Source of the DNA: Chloroflexota bacterium
Lineage (GTDB): Bacteria > Chloroflexota > UBA6077 > CF-72
Assembly (NCBI GenBank): GCA_019247515.1
Contig: JAFAOS010000252.1
Span: 138 to 64,137, forward strand
Direction of reading: 5' to 3'
Length of the DNA stretch: 64,000 bases
Shown here: positions 46,126 to 56,597 of the stretch, one piece after another
Layout: every line of letters starts with the position of its first letter
Numbering within the stretch: position 1 is the first letter of the stretch
Notes under the pieces: generated by a model
Told to the model about the DNA's origin: nothing
The model's input: only the letters and a program-made list of their open reading frames with translations
Database searches by the model: none
Program-made: the position numbers and the translations under genes

Positions 46126-47313
46126 CTCTCCGAACGTCCCGCACACCCCGCACACCCGAGACTGTCGCGCCCGCCCGATCCGCGAGCGCCTGTCGTCGTC
46201 GTTGGCGCGTCGGTCGCAGGTCTGATCGCCGCGCAACGTCTCGCTGAATCGGATATTCCCGTTCAACTGTACGAACGGACTGAACCACCAGGCGTGCGTG
46301 CGCGAACGCTGATCGTGACGCCAGAGCTGAATCGGGCGCTCGGCTTCTCGGCCGAAGCCGCCACCGTGAACAAGGTCCACACCCTGCAGCTGTACGGCAG
46401 ACACCGCTCGGTCGCCATCTCACTCAGAGAGCCCGACCTGATCGTCGAGCGCACCGCGCTCATCGGCATGCTCGCCGCCCGTGCCGAGCGTGCTGGCGTG
46501 CGCCTGGCGTATGGACACGAATTCGCCGCGCTCGAGCCCGACGGCGACGCGGCCTCGGTTGCGGTGCGGCGACGCGGGACGGATTGCCTGGAGCGCATCT
46601 CTGCTCGAGCGGTGCTGGCCGCGGACGGCGTCCGGAGTCACGTCGCACGAACGTTCGACGCCCCGCCGCTGCCCGCGGTGACGGTCCTCCAGGCGCGTGT
46701 CGAACTGCCACGCACGAGCGACCCCGGCGTTGGCAAAGTCTGGTTCCTGCCCAGCGACACGCCTTATTTCTACTGGCTGTGTCCCGAGTCCGCTCGCACC
46801 GCGGCGGTCGGAATTGTCGATGTCAAACCGCGGCAGGCGCGCGCCAAACTTGACCATTTTCTTGCAAGACACGCGCTGGCGCCTTTCGAATATCAGTCGG
46901 CGCTCATACCGCTGTACGCGCCAAACATGCGCGTAACGCGTCGAGTTGGCCGCACCGATGTTCTGTTCGTCGGCGACGCCGCGGGCCAGGTGAAGGTCAC
47001 CACCGTCGGCGGCACGGTCAGCGGTGTCCGCGGCGCCCAGGCTGCCGCGCGCGCAATCGCCAAACGCACCAACTACGGTTGGGAATCTCGGGCCGTCAAC
47101 CGCGAGCTGCGTCTGCACTGGCACATTCGCAACTTGATGAACCGTTTCCGCGACAGGGAATACGACGTGCTTTTGCAAGTCTTCGCTGGCCGGGTGGGTC
47201 GTTTGCTGGAGATTCACAATCGAGATCGACTCGAGCGCGTGTTCTGGTCGATGCTGGCGATCCAGCCGCGGCTCCCGCTGTTGGCAGCGGACGTCCTGTG
47301 GCGCGTCCGATAA
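46123..47313 (+). CDS. FAD-dependent oxidoreductase, geranylgeranyl reductase family
   Basis: VVGASVAGL, AADGVRSHV, YFYWLCP, VGDAAGQVKVTTVGG. Confidence 0.8.
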   Translation: MLSERPAHPAHPRLSRPPDPRAPVVVVGASVAGLIAAQRLAESDIPVQLYERTEPPGVRARTLIVTPELNRALGFSAEAATVNKVHTLQLYGRHRSVAISLREPDLIVERTALIGMLAARAERAGVRLAYGHEFAALEPDGDAASVAVRRRGTDCLERISARAVLAADGVRSHVARTFDAPPLPAVTVLQARVELPRTSDPGVGKVWFLPSDTPYFYWLCPESARTAAVGIVDVKPRQARAKLDHFLARHALAPFEYQSALIPLYAPNMRVTRRVGRTDVLFVGDAAGQVKVTTVGGTVSGVRGAQAAARAIAKRTNYGWESRAVNRELRLHWHIRNLMNRFRDREYDVLLQVFAGRVGRLLEIHNRDRLERVFWSMLAIQPRLPLLAADVLWRVR

Positions 47314-47360
47314 AGCGCTGAACCACCAAATTCGCACGAGTATTTTCGTGCAATCTGACT

Positions 47361-49115
47361 ATGTACATCCTCGGTATCAACGCATATCACGCTGGAGCGT
47401 CTGCTTGTCTGATACGTGACGGCGAGCTGATCGCCGCCGCGGAGGAAGAGCGTTTTCGCCGCATCAAGTACTGCGCAGGCTTTCCTTCGACGGCCATCCG
47501 CTACTGCCTGGCGGAAGGCCGAATCAGTCCGCGCGAGCTTGACCACGTGGGAATCTCGCGCGATCCGCGCGCCAACCTGCACAAGAAATTCGCCTTTGCG
47601 TTGCGCCAGCGTCCGCGTGTCGGCTTCGTCCGGGATCGGCTGCTGAATGCGGCCAGAGTGCAGGATCCGCGCTCCGCGCTGGCGGCGGCGCTCGACGTCC
47701 CGGCGCACCAGCTGAGAGCCACGTTCCACAACGTGGAGCACCATCGCGCGCACATGGCGAGCGCGTTCTACGTCTCACCGTTTCGTCGAGCCGCCATTCT
47801 GTCCGTCGACGGCATGGGCGACTTCGTCAGCACGATGTGGGGCGTCGGTCAGGACGACAACCTGCGCGTGCTGGGCGAAGTCAATTTCCCGCACTCGCTG
47901 GGCATCTTTTACACTGCGGTCTGCCAGTGGCTGGGGTTTCGCAAATACGGCGACGAGGGCAAAGTCATGGGGCTGGCGCCATACGGACAGCCGCGTTACG
48001 TAGATCTGGTGCATCGCATCGTGCGACAGCACCGCGACGGTACGTTCGAGCTGAACCAAGACGCGTTCGTCCATCAGGCGGGCGGCGCCAACATGACCTG
48101 GAACGATGGATCGCCGACGCTCGGCACGCTGTACTCACCGAGATTCCTCGAGTTATTCGGTCCCGCCAGGCAACCTGATCCGCACGGCTGGCGCGATCTC
48201 ACGACTCCAGAAAATCAGTATTACGTCGACGTCGCTGCGTCCCTGCAGGTGGTGCTCGAAGAAGCCGAGCTGGGACTCGTGAAGAACCTCCAGCGCATCA
48301 CCGGTGAAAAGGCGCTGTGCGTTGCCGGTGGAGTCGGCCTGAACAGCACGTTCAATGGCAAAATCCGGCTCGAAGCGCCCGGCTTCGAAGACGTCTTTGT
48401 CCAGCCGGCAGCTAGCGACGCGGGTACCTCGCTGGGTGTCGCCTACTACATCCACCATCAACTGTTGCGGAACCCGCGCAAGTTTGTCATGAGTGTCGCC
48501 GCCACGGGACCGGCCTTTGACGACGCAACCATCACGCAAGTTATCGACCACAACGGGCTGGACTATGAGCGCTTTGATGAAGATCAGCTTGCGCGACTCG
48601 TTGCCCAGTTGATCGAGCAAGGCAACGTGATCGGCTGGTTCCAGGACCGCATGGAGTGGGGACCTCGCGCGCTCGGCAATCGCAGCATTCTGGCCGACCC
48701 CCGACGCGAAGACATGAAGGCCATCCTCAATGCGCGGGTCAAGCATCGCGAGAGCTTTCGTCCATTTGCCCCGTCCATCCTCGCCGAAGCCACCGGTGAC
48801 TACTTCGAGCAGGACTATCCCGACCCGTTCATGACCATGGTCTATACGGTGCGCCCCGAGAAACGTTCGGTGATCCCCGCGGTGACGCACGTCGATGGCA
48901 CGGGTCGGCTGCAGAGTGTCTTCCAAGGAGCTATGCCGCTGTACTGGCAGGTCATCAAAGAATTCGAGTCGCTGACGGGCGTGCCGGTCGTCCTGAATAC
49001 CTCGTTCAACGACAACGAACCGATTGTGTGCACCCCGCAGGAAGCGGTCAACTGTTTTCTGAGGACGCGCATGGACGTGCTGGTGGTGGGTCGCCACGTC
49101 GTGCGCAAGGCGTGA
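47361..49115 (+). CDS. Carbamoyltransferase (NodU/CmcH family)
   Basis: EEERFRRIK, HHRAH, EGKVMGLAPYG, EWGPRALGNRS, HVDGTGR, NTSFN. Confidence 0.95.
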   Translation: MYILGINAYHAGASACLIRDGELIAAAEEERFRRIKYCAGFPSTAIRYCLAEGRISPRELDHVGISRDPRANLHKKFAFALRQRPRVGFVRDRLLNAARVQDPRSALAAALDVPAHQLRATFHNVEHHRAHMASAFYVSPFRRAAILSVDGMGDFVSTMWGVGQDDNLRVLGEVNFPHSLGIFYTAVCQWLGFRKYGDEGKVMGLAPYGQPRYVDLVHRIVRQHRDGTFELNQDAFVHQAGGANMTWNDGSPTLGTLYSPRFLELFGPARQPDPHGWRDLTTPENQYYVDVAASLQVVLEEAELGLVKNLQRITGEKALCVAGGVGLNSTFNGKIRLEAPGFEDVFVQPAASDAGTSLGVAYYIHHQLLRNPRKFVMSVAATGPAFDDATITQVIDHNGLDYERFDEDQLARLVAQLIEQGNVIGWFQDRMEWGPRALGNRSILADPRREDMKAILNARVKHRESFRPFAPSILAEATGDYFEQDYPDPFMTMVYTVRPEKRSVIPAVTHVDGTGRLQSVFQGAMPLYWQVIKEFESLTGVPVVLNTSFNDNEPIVCTPQEAVNCFLRTRMDVLVVGRHVVRKA

Positions 49116-50407
49116 TGCGGATTCTGGTTCTCATCCTCCAGTATCCGCCTGACGTCAACACCTCGGGTGTGCTGATGGGCCAACTGTGCGAGGGATTGGC
49201 CGCCCGCGGCCACCAGGTGTCGGTGTTGACCACTTTTCCGCACTACGAGAAGTTCCGCGTGTGGGACGAGTATCGCGGCAAGCTTCTCGATTCAGACCTG
49301 CGCAATGGCGTGGAGATCACGCGCACGTGCGTGTACGCGAATGGTCGCAAGCAGAACATGCTCAATCGTTTGCTGAGCTATCTGTCGTTCAACGTGCTGG
49401 CGACCGTCGCAGGCTCCACCTCGCGGCAGGATTATGACGTCATCCTGTGCAGCAACGGCTCCTTCTTCAGCGGCGTTGCCGCGACGGTGATCGGGCGCGT
49501 CAAAGGCGCGCCCTTCGTCTATAACGTCCAGGACCTGTATCCCGAGACGCCTGTTCAGAGTGGGCAGATCTCCAACAAACTGGTCATCGGCGCGCTCGAA
49601 CGCATCGAGCGGTTCATGTACGCGCGAGCCGCCCAGGTCAGCGTGATCGCTCCAGCATTTCGCGCCAATCTTCTGGACAAGGGCGTCCCCGCCGACAAAG
49701 TCACCACCATACCGAATTTCGTAGACGTCGATTTCATCCGGCCCTTTCCGAAGACCAACTCCTTCAGCCGCGAGCATGCACTGACCGAGAAATTCGTTGT
49801 CACGCACGCGGGCAACCTCGGTTACGTGTACGACTTTGACGCGTTGCTCGACGTCGCGTACCGAGTGCAGGCCGAGGCGGACATTCAGTTCCTGATCGTG
49901 GGTGACGGTGTGGAACGTGCGCGACTTCAGGAGCGTGCGCGGGCACTCGGCCTGCGGAACGTGCGGTTTTTGCCGTTCCAGCCGCGGCAGACTCTGCCGC
50001 TCCTTCGGGCAGCATCGGATGTCCAGGTCGCGTTGTATCGGCGCGGGTCGGCGCGCTTTTCGATGCCGTCGAAGGTCTACGAGATCATGGCCAGCTGTCG
50101 GCCGGTGCTCGCCAGCGCCGATGCCGGCAGCGACCTGCACCAGCTGGTGACCGGCGTGCGGTGCGGCATCTGCGTCGAGCCGCACAACCCGGAGAAGCTC
50201 GCCGCGGCGCTACTGGCGCTGTATCGAGATCCGGCGCTGCGCACGCGGATGGGGCAGCGCGGCCGCGATGAAGCGGTGCGCGCCTACTCACGCGACGCGA
50301 TCGTCACCCAATACGAGGAGTTGTGCCGCCACGTGGCCGTTTCCCGCGAATGGACCCCCGGGCAAGAGATCGAACGGAATCCGACACGTACGGGAGTTAT
50401 GACTTGA
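49115..50407 (+). CDS. Glycosyltransferase family 4 (WbuB-like)
   Basis: YPPD, TTFPHY, VQDLYPE, HAGNLG, PSKVYEIMA. Confidence 0.9.
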   Translation: MRILVLILQYPPDVNTSGVLMGQLCEGLAARGHQVSVLTTFPHYEKFRVWDEYRGKLLDSDLRNGVEITRTCVYANGRKQNMLNRLLSYLSFNVLATVAGSTSRQDYDVILCSNGSFFSGVAATVIGRVKGAPFVYNVQDLYPETPVQSGQISNKLVIGALERIERFMYARAAQVSVIAPAFRANLLDKGVPADKVTTIPNFVDVDFIRPFPKTNSFSREHALTEKFVVTHAGNLGYVYDFDALLDVAYRVQAEADIQFLIVGDGVERARLQERARALGLRNVRFLPFQPRQTLPLLRAASDVQVALYRRGSARFSMPSKVYEIMASCRPVLASADAGSDLHQLVTGVRCGICVEPHNPEKLAAALLALYRDPALRTRMGQRGRDEAVRAYSRDAIVTQYEELCRHVAVSREWTPGQEIERNPTRTGVMT

Positions 50408-51114
50408 CGCTTACAGACCCGACGACGTTGACATCCGACTCGCGACTCGCAACTGCTGACGCGCGGCTCTTGACCCGTGTCGCGATCCACGTCCCACCCG
50501 AGCCGATTGACCCTCTCCCCAAGCGCCTGTTCGACGTCACCCTGGCGCTCACCATGCTGGTCGTGTCGGCGCCTGTCTGGCTCGCCATCGCCGTTGCGAT
50601 CAAGCTGGACGACGCTGGTCCGGTCTTTTATCGGCAGGAGCGCTGGGGCCGGTGTCAGAAACGCTTCCAGGTGCTCAAGTTCCGCACGATGGTCGCCCAC
50701 TCCGATCGGGACTTCGGCGTGCGTCAAGCGAGTTCGGACGACCAGCGCATCACGCGCGTCGGCCGGCTCCTGCGCGCCACTGGCCTGGACGAGCTGCCGC
50801 AAATCCTGAACATCCTGCTGGGCGACATGAGCTTCGTCGGACCGCGCGCACTAGCCGTCGACGAATGCACGCGCGACGGCATTCCTATTCGCTACGATGA
50901 AACTTACGGCTTCGCCCGCCGCCTCCAGGTCCGCCCGGGCCTGACCGGTCTGGCGACCATCTATTTGCCCAAAGACGCGCCATCCGCCTTGAAGTTTCGC
51001 GTCGACCTGCTATATGTCAGCCGGTTGTCATTCTGGCTAGACCTCCGCCTGGTCGCGCTTTCGTTCTGGATCAGCTTCCGCGGCAAGTGGGAGACCCGGA
51101 CTGGCAAGCTATGA
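50404..51114 (+). CDS. Initiating phosphoglycosyl transferase (bacterial sugar transferase)
   Basis: KRLFD, KFRTM, RITRVGRLLR, LDELPQ, GDMSFVGPR, PGLTG. Confidence 0.92.
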   Translation: MTLTDPTTLTSDSRLATADARLLTRVAIHVPPEPIDPLPKRLFDVTLALTMLVVSAPVWLAIAVAIKLDDAGPVFYRQERWGRCQKRFQVLKFRTMVAHSDRDFGVRQASSDDQRITRVGRLLRATGLDELPQILNILLGDMSFVGPRALAVDECTRDGIPIRYDETYGFARRLQVRPGLTGLATIYLPKDAPSALKFRVDLLYVSRLSFWLDLRLVALSFWISFRGKWETRTGKL

Positions 51115-52004
51115 CCGTCGAAACTGAGCTGCGCCCGCCAGCCACCCTGCCCGTCACCTCCGAACCCGTTTCGGAGCCCGCAACGGAGCTGCCGTTCATC
51201 CACATCCATCCTTCAAAAGGTTGGATCCAGCTCAATCTCCGTGAGCTCTGGGATTACCGCGAGCTTGCGTATCTGCTGGCGTGGCGCGACGTCACGATCC
51301 GGTACAAACAGACCGTTTTTGGAGCCTCATGGGCCATCATCCAGCCGTTGCTGATGATGGTCGCATTTAGCATCTTCTTCGGCCAACTCGCGAAAGTACC
51401 GTCCAACGGAATCCCGTATCCGATCTTCAGCTATACCGCACTCCTGCCCTGGAACTACTTCGCCCAGGCACTGACTCGCTCGTCAAACGTGCTGGTTGGC
51501 AGTACGGCGTTGATTACGAAGGTCTACTTTCCCAGGATGCTGCTGCCAATCTCCAGCGTGCTCTCACCGCTGTTCGACTTCGCCATCGCGTTCGTGGTCC
51601 TGTTGGGGATGATGGTGTACTACCAGGTGTACCCGACACCGGCGATGCTGGCCCTTCCGGTGCTGCTGGCGATGGCGGTGATGTCGTCGGTGGGGACCGG
51701 CATGTGGTTGTCGGCGCTCAACGTCGACTATCGCGACTTCAGCAATATTTTGCCGTTCCTGGTTCAGGTCTGGATGTTCGCCACCCCGGTGGCATTTTCG
51801 AGCACACTCCTCGATGAGCCCTGGCGAACGCTGTATGGGCTGAACCCGATGACCGGCGTGATCGAAGGCTTCCGCTGGGCGTTGCTCGGGCAGGATCCCA
51901 TGTTTGCCCAGATGTTCCTGTCGGCCCTTGTCTCGATTGTGCTGCTGTTGACTGGCGCGTTCTACTACCGCCGTACAGAGCGGACGTTTGCCGACATCAG
52001 CTGA
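51111..52004 (+). CDS. wzm: Polysaccharide ABC exporter permease
   Basis: RYKQTVFG..WAIIQP, KVYFPR, LNPMTGVIEGFR. Confidence 0.92.
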   Translation: MTVETELRPPATLPVTSEPVSEPATELPFIHIHPSKGWIQLNLRELWDYRELAYLLAWRDVTIRYKQTVFGASWAIIQPLLMMVAFSIFFGQLAKVPSNGIPYPIFSYTALLPWNYFAQALTRSSNVLVGSTALITKVYFPRMLLPISSVLSPLFDFAIAFVVLLGMMVYYQVYPTPAMLALPVLLAMAVMSSVGTGMWLSALNVDYRDFSNILPFLVQVWMFATPVAFSSTLLDEPWRTLYGLNPMTGVIEGFRWALLGQDPMFAQMFLSALVSIVLLLTGAFYYRRTERTFADIS

Positions 52005-52018
52005 CTCCACCACGATCG

Positions 52019-53332
52019 ATGACTGACATTTCCGTTCGCGCCGACAACCTCGGCAAGTGGTACCGCATCGGCGAACGCGCTCACGACCGTAATGTGCGCG
52101 AAGCCGTCAACGCGGCGCTCGTCGCGCCATACCGGCTGTTGCGCCGTCGTGAGCGGCCGCGCTTTCGAGGCCGGGTTCCCGCGCCGTCCATCTGGGCACT
52201 ACGCAACGTTTCGTTCGAGTTGCGTCAGGGTGAGCTTCTGGGAATCATTGGGGTTAACGGCGCAGGCAAGAGCACGCTGCTCAAGATCCTTTCGCGCATC
52301 ACCGAACCTACTGAGGGCACGGCTGAAATGCACGGCCGGGTTCGTGCTCTGCTCGAAGTGGGCAGCGGGTTCCATCCTCAGTTGACGGGCCGGGAGAACG
52401 TCTACCTCAATGGCGCAATTCTCGGTATGAAGCGTGCCGAGGTCGCCCGCAAGTTCGACGAGATCGTTGCATTCGCCGAGATCGAGCGCTTCATCGATAC
52501 ACCAGTTCGGTGGTATTCGACAGGAATGTATGCGCGTCTCGCGTTCAGCGTGGCCGCCCACCTGGAGCCCGACGTCCTGATTGTGGACGAAGTGCTGGCG
52601 GTTGGTGATGTTGGCTTCCAACGGAAGTGCATCGCCAAGATGGGCGACGTTGCGGCTGGCGGTCGCACGGTGATCTTCGTCAGTCACATGCTGTTTGCCA
52701 TCGAGCAGCTGACGCACCGCTGTCTGGTGCTCAAGGACGGCACGCTGTGCTTCGATGGCCCAACCTCGGAGGCGCTGCGCATCTACGAGTCTTTCTTGAA
52801 AGACCCCAACGAGCAGGCGGGCACCTACGACGCGCCGCAGAGCGTGGCACACAACCACGTCACCGCTGCGCGCGTGCGCACATCATCTCCCTCCGGCGTG
52901 CACGACTGGGGCGAGCCGATGACCTTCGAGTTCGACCTTCAGATCACAGAGCCCCACAGTAGCTTGTGCTTTTCGTTCCACGTCGTAAACGAGAGCAAAC
53001 AGCCGATTGCCCACTTCTGGCTGTACGATGCCGATGTCCCCTTCCGCCGCGAGCCCGGCGTCTATCGCCTGCAATGCCATATCCCGAGACTCCGGCTCTA
53101 TATGGGGGCGTATACGCTGCAAACGTGGCTCACGGAACGCCGTTCCAACACGGTAGTCGAATCCCTCCAGGACATTTGTCCCTTCGAAGTCACTATGCAG
53201 AGCGTCCAGCGCGACGAATACGCCTGGGAGGTTGGAACGTGCACGTATCTTGAGGACGCGACTTGGCTTCCGGTCGAAAACGTGTGCGACTACATCGATA
53301 TCGATCACCAGGCGGTGCCTGGCGGCCGCTAA
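52019..53332 (+). CDS. wzt: Polysaccharide ABC exporter ATPase with C-terminal Wzt carbohydrate-binding domain
   Basis: GVNGAGKST, LTGRENVYLNG, YSTGMYARLAF, VDEVLAVGD, ~170-aa C-terminal extension. Confidence 0.93.
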   Translation: MTDISVRADNLGKWYRIGERAHDRNVREAVNAALVAPYRLLRRRERPRFRGRVPAPSIWALRNVSFELRQGELLGIIGVNGAGKSTLLKILSRITEPTEGTAEMHGRVRALLEVGSGFHPQLTGRENVYLNGAILGMKRAEVARKFDEIVAFAEIERFIDTPVRWYSTGMYARLAFSVAAHLEPDVLIVDEVLAVGDVGFQRKCIAKMGDVAAGGRTVIFVSHMLFAIEQLTHRCLVLKDGTLCFDGPTSEALRIYESFLKDPNEQAGTYDAPQSVAHNHVTAARVRTSSPSGVHDWGEPMTFEFDLQITEPHSSLCFSFHVVNESKQPIAHFWLYDADVPFRREPGVYRLQCHIPRLRLYMGAYTLQTWLTERRSNTVVESLQDICPFEVTMQSVQRDEYAWEVGTCTYLEDATWLPVENVCDYIDIDHQAVPGGR

Positions 53333-53372
53333 GGGGTGAGTTTCGTAAGGTCCGGGCCCTGTGCAAACGAGG

Positions 53373-53456
53373 GTGTCATCCTGAGCGCCGCAAAGGATCC
53401 GCTACTTCTGCGCCAATTGCGAACGCGGATTGTTCGCCTTCGGCTCAGGATGACAC
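53373..53456. repeat. REP-like inverted repeat (TGTCATCCTGAGC family)
   Basis: Perfect 14-bp inverted repeat gtgtcatcctgagc / gctcaggatgacac. Confidence 0.8.
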
Positions 53457-53759
53457 GCGCTCTTGGATAGGTCCCATGAGTAAACGGGACGCTGCGCCAA
53501 GTCGCCCGTGAGTCCTCTACGGCCGTCGGATCGAAGAAGTGCTCATTTCGCCAGGGCCAGCAGCGTATGGATGGGCACAATATCCACGAATTGGCGCAAC
53601 GCTTCGAGCGTCTGGTCATTCTGACATGAATGAAGCGATTCCATTGGTCGACCGCAGCAACGCTGACTCGATCCGCGTCAATCGGGGGCACGGTCGAGAC
53701 CTACTATCCCGCCTGGCGCGCTTATACAGGTGGCAAGAGGGCGTGAGGGAGCAGATAAC

Positions 53760-56597
53760 TTGAACGGCGAATTGAGATGCTGGTGCGGAAGTAGCACGCT
53801 CCTACCGTGGTCGGACGACTACCAACGCTGCACCTCGTGCCGCTCGTTGGTCTATCGCTACCAACCATCTGAGCTGGTGCTGCGCGCTACGGACAGCGGC
53901 GAGGATTTTTATGGGCGGGACTACTGGTTCACGCACGTGAACGACCTCGCACAGCCCGATATCACCGAGCGCGCCCGGGCGGACCTCATCGAACGCTGCG
54001 TCCACTGGTTACGGGTGTTTCTGCGGTACCAGCAGCCCCCTGCGCGTGTGCTGGAGCTTGGCTGCGGCCACGGGGGTTTTCTAGCGCTCCTGCAGCGGCT
54101 CGGCTTTGAAGTCACAGGACTCGAGCTGAGTCCCTGGGTTGTCGATTACGCCCGGCGCTCTTTCGACATTCCCATGCTCCTGGGCCCCCTCGAGGACCAG
54201 CGGATCGACGATTCGTCACTGGATGCGATTGTCCTCATGGATGTCCTGGAGCACCTGCCCGACCCGGTCGGCACCATGCGGGTGGCGCTTCGGTTACTCA
54301 AGCCGGACGGATTGTTGCTCATTCAGACTCCACGCGCTCCCGAGCGCGCCAGTCATGCGGAACTGGTCGCGAGTGGTGACCGGTTTCTCTCGCAGTTGAA
54401 ACCCTACGAGCACCTGTACCTGTTAGCCGAATCGTCGCTGCGCCGACTGTTCGGCGACCTTGGTGCCGAGTACGTCACGTTCGAACCGGCAATGTTCCCG
54501 TGGTACGACATGTTCGCCGTCGTCAGTCGGGCGCGGCAAGTCGGCTCCGCATGGTCGGACGTAGAACGGAGATTGTTGTCATCGTCCGCGGGGCGGCTCA
54601 CGCTCGCATTGGTGGATGCCAGCGACAAAGCGCGCGATATGGAATCTCGCTTAGCAGAGAGCGAGCGCGATCGTGGAGCGAGATTAGACGCGATCAACCT
54701 ACTGGAAGCGCAACTTGCCCAAAGCGAGCAAGATCGAGCGGCAAGATTGGACTCTATGAAACGGTTGGAGGCGCTCCTTGCCGAGAGCGAGGCGGATCGA
54801 GCGGCGCGTCTGGTGGTGATCGAAGACCAGAGTCGACGTCTTGCGGAGACACGCTCAGAACTCGGCCGCGCTCAGCAGGAAATCGCACGTGTCACGTTGC
54901 TCCGAAGTGGTGCGGGCGCCGAAAAGACGGTGAACCCCTCAGCGCGCCCGCTGACGCGGGTTGACATTGACCTGACCCCGCTTCTCGTCGGCGGCGCGAA
55001 CGGCGGAGCCCGGTTGGTCGCACTCTCGATGCTGCCGCACCTCAGCAGGTTGGCCCCGGAGGTCCACTTCACACTGCTGACCAACGACCTTAACCACGCC
55101 AGCCTTGCCCACCTGGACTCGCCGAACATGTCGCGACAGCTTCTGGGACTACGATCAGCGCCGGCGGTGCCAGTTGCAGTTGCTCCGTACCGGCGCATGC
55201 TGGCGCGCATTCACCGGCGGGCGGACCGGTTTGTACCGGGCCGCCTCAAGCCCCTGGTCCCCCGCGCGGCCGTGAATGCGCCGCCACCGGTCCAGCGGGA
55301 GTCGGACGATGAAGCGGCAACGCCCGACGTCGTGTTCTGCCCATTCACGGCTCCCCATGCGTACGATCCAAGGATTCCGCTGGTCTCGACAATTCACGAC
55401 TTGCAGTACATCTACCACCCGAACTTCTTTTCCGCGGCGGAGCGCGTGGAGCGCGGACGCACTTTCGGGTCCGCCTGCCGACTCGCAGACCGTCTAGTGT
55501 GTGTTTCCGAGTACGTTCGCAGCACGGTTCTGGGCAACGGCGACATAGCGCCAGACCGAGTCATCACGATTCCACTGGGCCTGCTGCAGGACTTGCCGCG
55601 CCCCTTGCCAGAGCAAACCGCACACGTGCTGACAGAATTGAACGTGCGTGCGGGACAATACCTGCTGTTCCCGTCGAATTTCTGGTCGCACAAGAACCAT
55701 CGAATGCTCCTCACCGCGCTTGGCATGTACTTTGCCCGACATCGGCATTCTGCACTGCAGATCGTTTGCACCGGGACACCTGACGGTCAAATGGAGGAGA
55801 TCCGAAGGGCCGCATGCGGCATGCACCTGGACCACGCCGTGATGCTGCCAGGGTTTGTTTCGGACGAACAGCTTGCCGCTCTGTATCAGGGGTGTCTGGC
55901 GGTTATATTTCCATCCCTGTACGAGGGGTTTGGAATGCCTGTGCTGGAGGCGATGGCGTTCAACAAACCCGTACTCTGCAGCAATATCACCAGCCTCCCC
56001 GAAGTCGTCGGCGACGCTGCCCTCACGTTCGATCCGCGCAAGCCTGAAGAAATCGTCAACGCCATAGAGCATATCGAGTTAGAGCCGGATCTTGCTGTCG
56101 ATTTGATGCACCGTGGACAAGCGCGAGCCGGCATGTTTGGCGGGAGCCGCGAATTGGCAGAACGGTACCTGCAGGTCTTTCGCGATGTTCTTGCAGAGGG
56201 AAAGCGCCAACTTGCCGACGGCATGCATGGTATCCACAATGATGGCTGGATTGGGGATCGTGCGCTGATCAGTCACGCGCGCGCGGACCGCCCGCGTGTG
56301 CTGGAATTGCAGCTAAATGCCCCGGACTGGTCACCTTCCTCCAGTACGACGGTGATAGTGGAGGGCAAAGCTGCCAACCTGCACCGGCAATACGCGATCC
56401 CGCGTGGAGAACGGCTGCTCATACGTGAGGTGCTGCCCGCAACTGGCGGCGTCATCGAGTTATTCGTGTCTCCAGCCCTTGCGCCCAGTTCGTTGGGGTT
56501 CAGCTCCGATGGGAGGGAACTTGGATGCCTGTGCGATGTGGCTCGTCTGCTTACCGGCGAGGCAAGTGTCGACCTGAAATCTCTGAACGATGCCTGA
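53760..56597 (+). CDS. Methyltransferase - coiled coil - GT4 glycosyltransferase fusion
   Basis: CWC..CTSC, VLELGCGHG, DVLEHL; 21-aa repeats; TIHDLQ, HKNH, PSLYEGFGMPVLEAM. Confidence 0.88.
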   Translation: MNGELRCWCGSSTLLPWSDDYQRCTSCRSLVYRYQPSELVLRATDSGEDFYGRDYWFTHVNDLAQPDITERARADLIERCVHWLRVFLRYQQPPARVLELGCGHGGFLALLQRLGFEVTGLELSPWVVDYARRSFDIPMLLGPLEDQRIDDSSLDAIVLMDVLEHLPDPVGTMRVALRLLKPDGLLLIQTPRAPERASHAELVASGDRFLSQLKPYEHLYLLAESSLRRLFGDLGAEYVTFEPAMFPWYDMFAVVSRARQVGSAWSDVERRLLSSSAGRLTLALVDASDKARDMESRLAESERDRGARLDAINLLEAQLAQSEQDRAARLDSMKRLEALLAESEADRAARLVVIEDQSRRLAETRSELGRAQQEIARVTLLRSGAGAEKTVNPSARPLTRVDIDLTPLLVGGANGGARLVALSMLPHLSRLAPEVHFTLLTNDLNHASLAHLDSPNMSRQLLGLRSAPAVPVAVAPYRRMLARIHRRADRFVPGRLKPLVPRAAVNAPPPVQRESDDEAATPDVVFCPFTAPHAYDPRIPLVSTIHDLQYIYHPNFFSAAERVERGRTFGSACRLADRLVCVSEYVRSTVLGNGDIAPDRVITIPLGLLQDLPRPLPEQTAHVLTELNVRAGQYLLFPSNFWSHKNHRMLLTALGMYFARHRHSALQIVCTGTPDGQMEEIRRAACGMHLDHAVMLPGFVSDEQLAALYQGCLAVIFPSLYEGFGMPVLEAMAFNKPVLCSNITSLPEVVGDAALTFDPRKPEEIVNAIEHIELEPDLAVDLMHRGQARAGMFGGSRELAERYLQVFRDVLAEGKRQLADGMHGIHNDGWIGDRALISHARADRPRVLELQLNAPDWSPSSSTTVIVEGKAANLHRQYAIPRGERLLIREVLPATGGVIELFVSPALAPSSLGFSSDGRELGCLCDVARLLTGEASVDLKSLNDA

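Noticed and set aside
53460-53760. Unexplained ~300-bp gap before the fusion gene
   Set aside because: Only short ORFs without recognizable motifs; possibly a gene remnant, but not supportable from the sequence.
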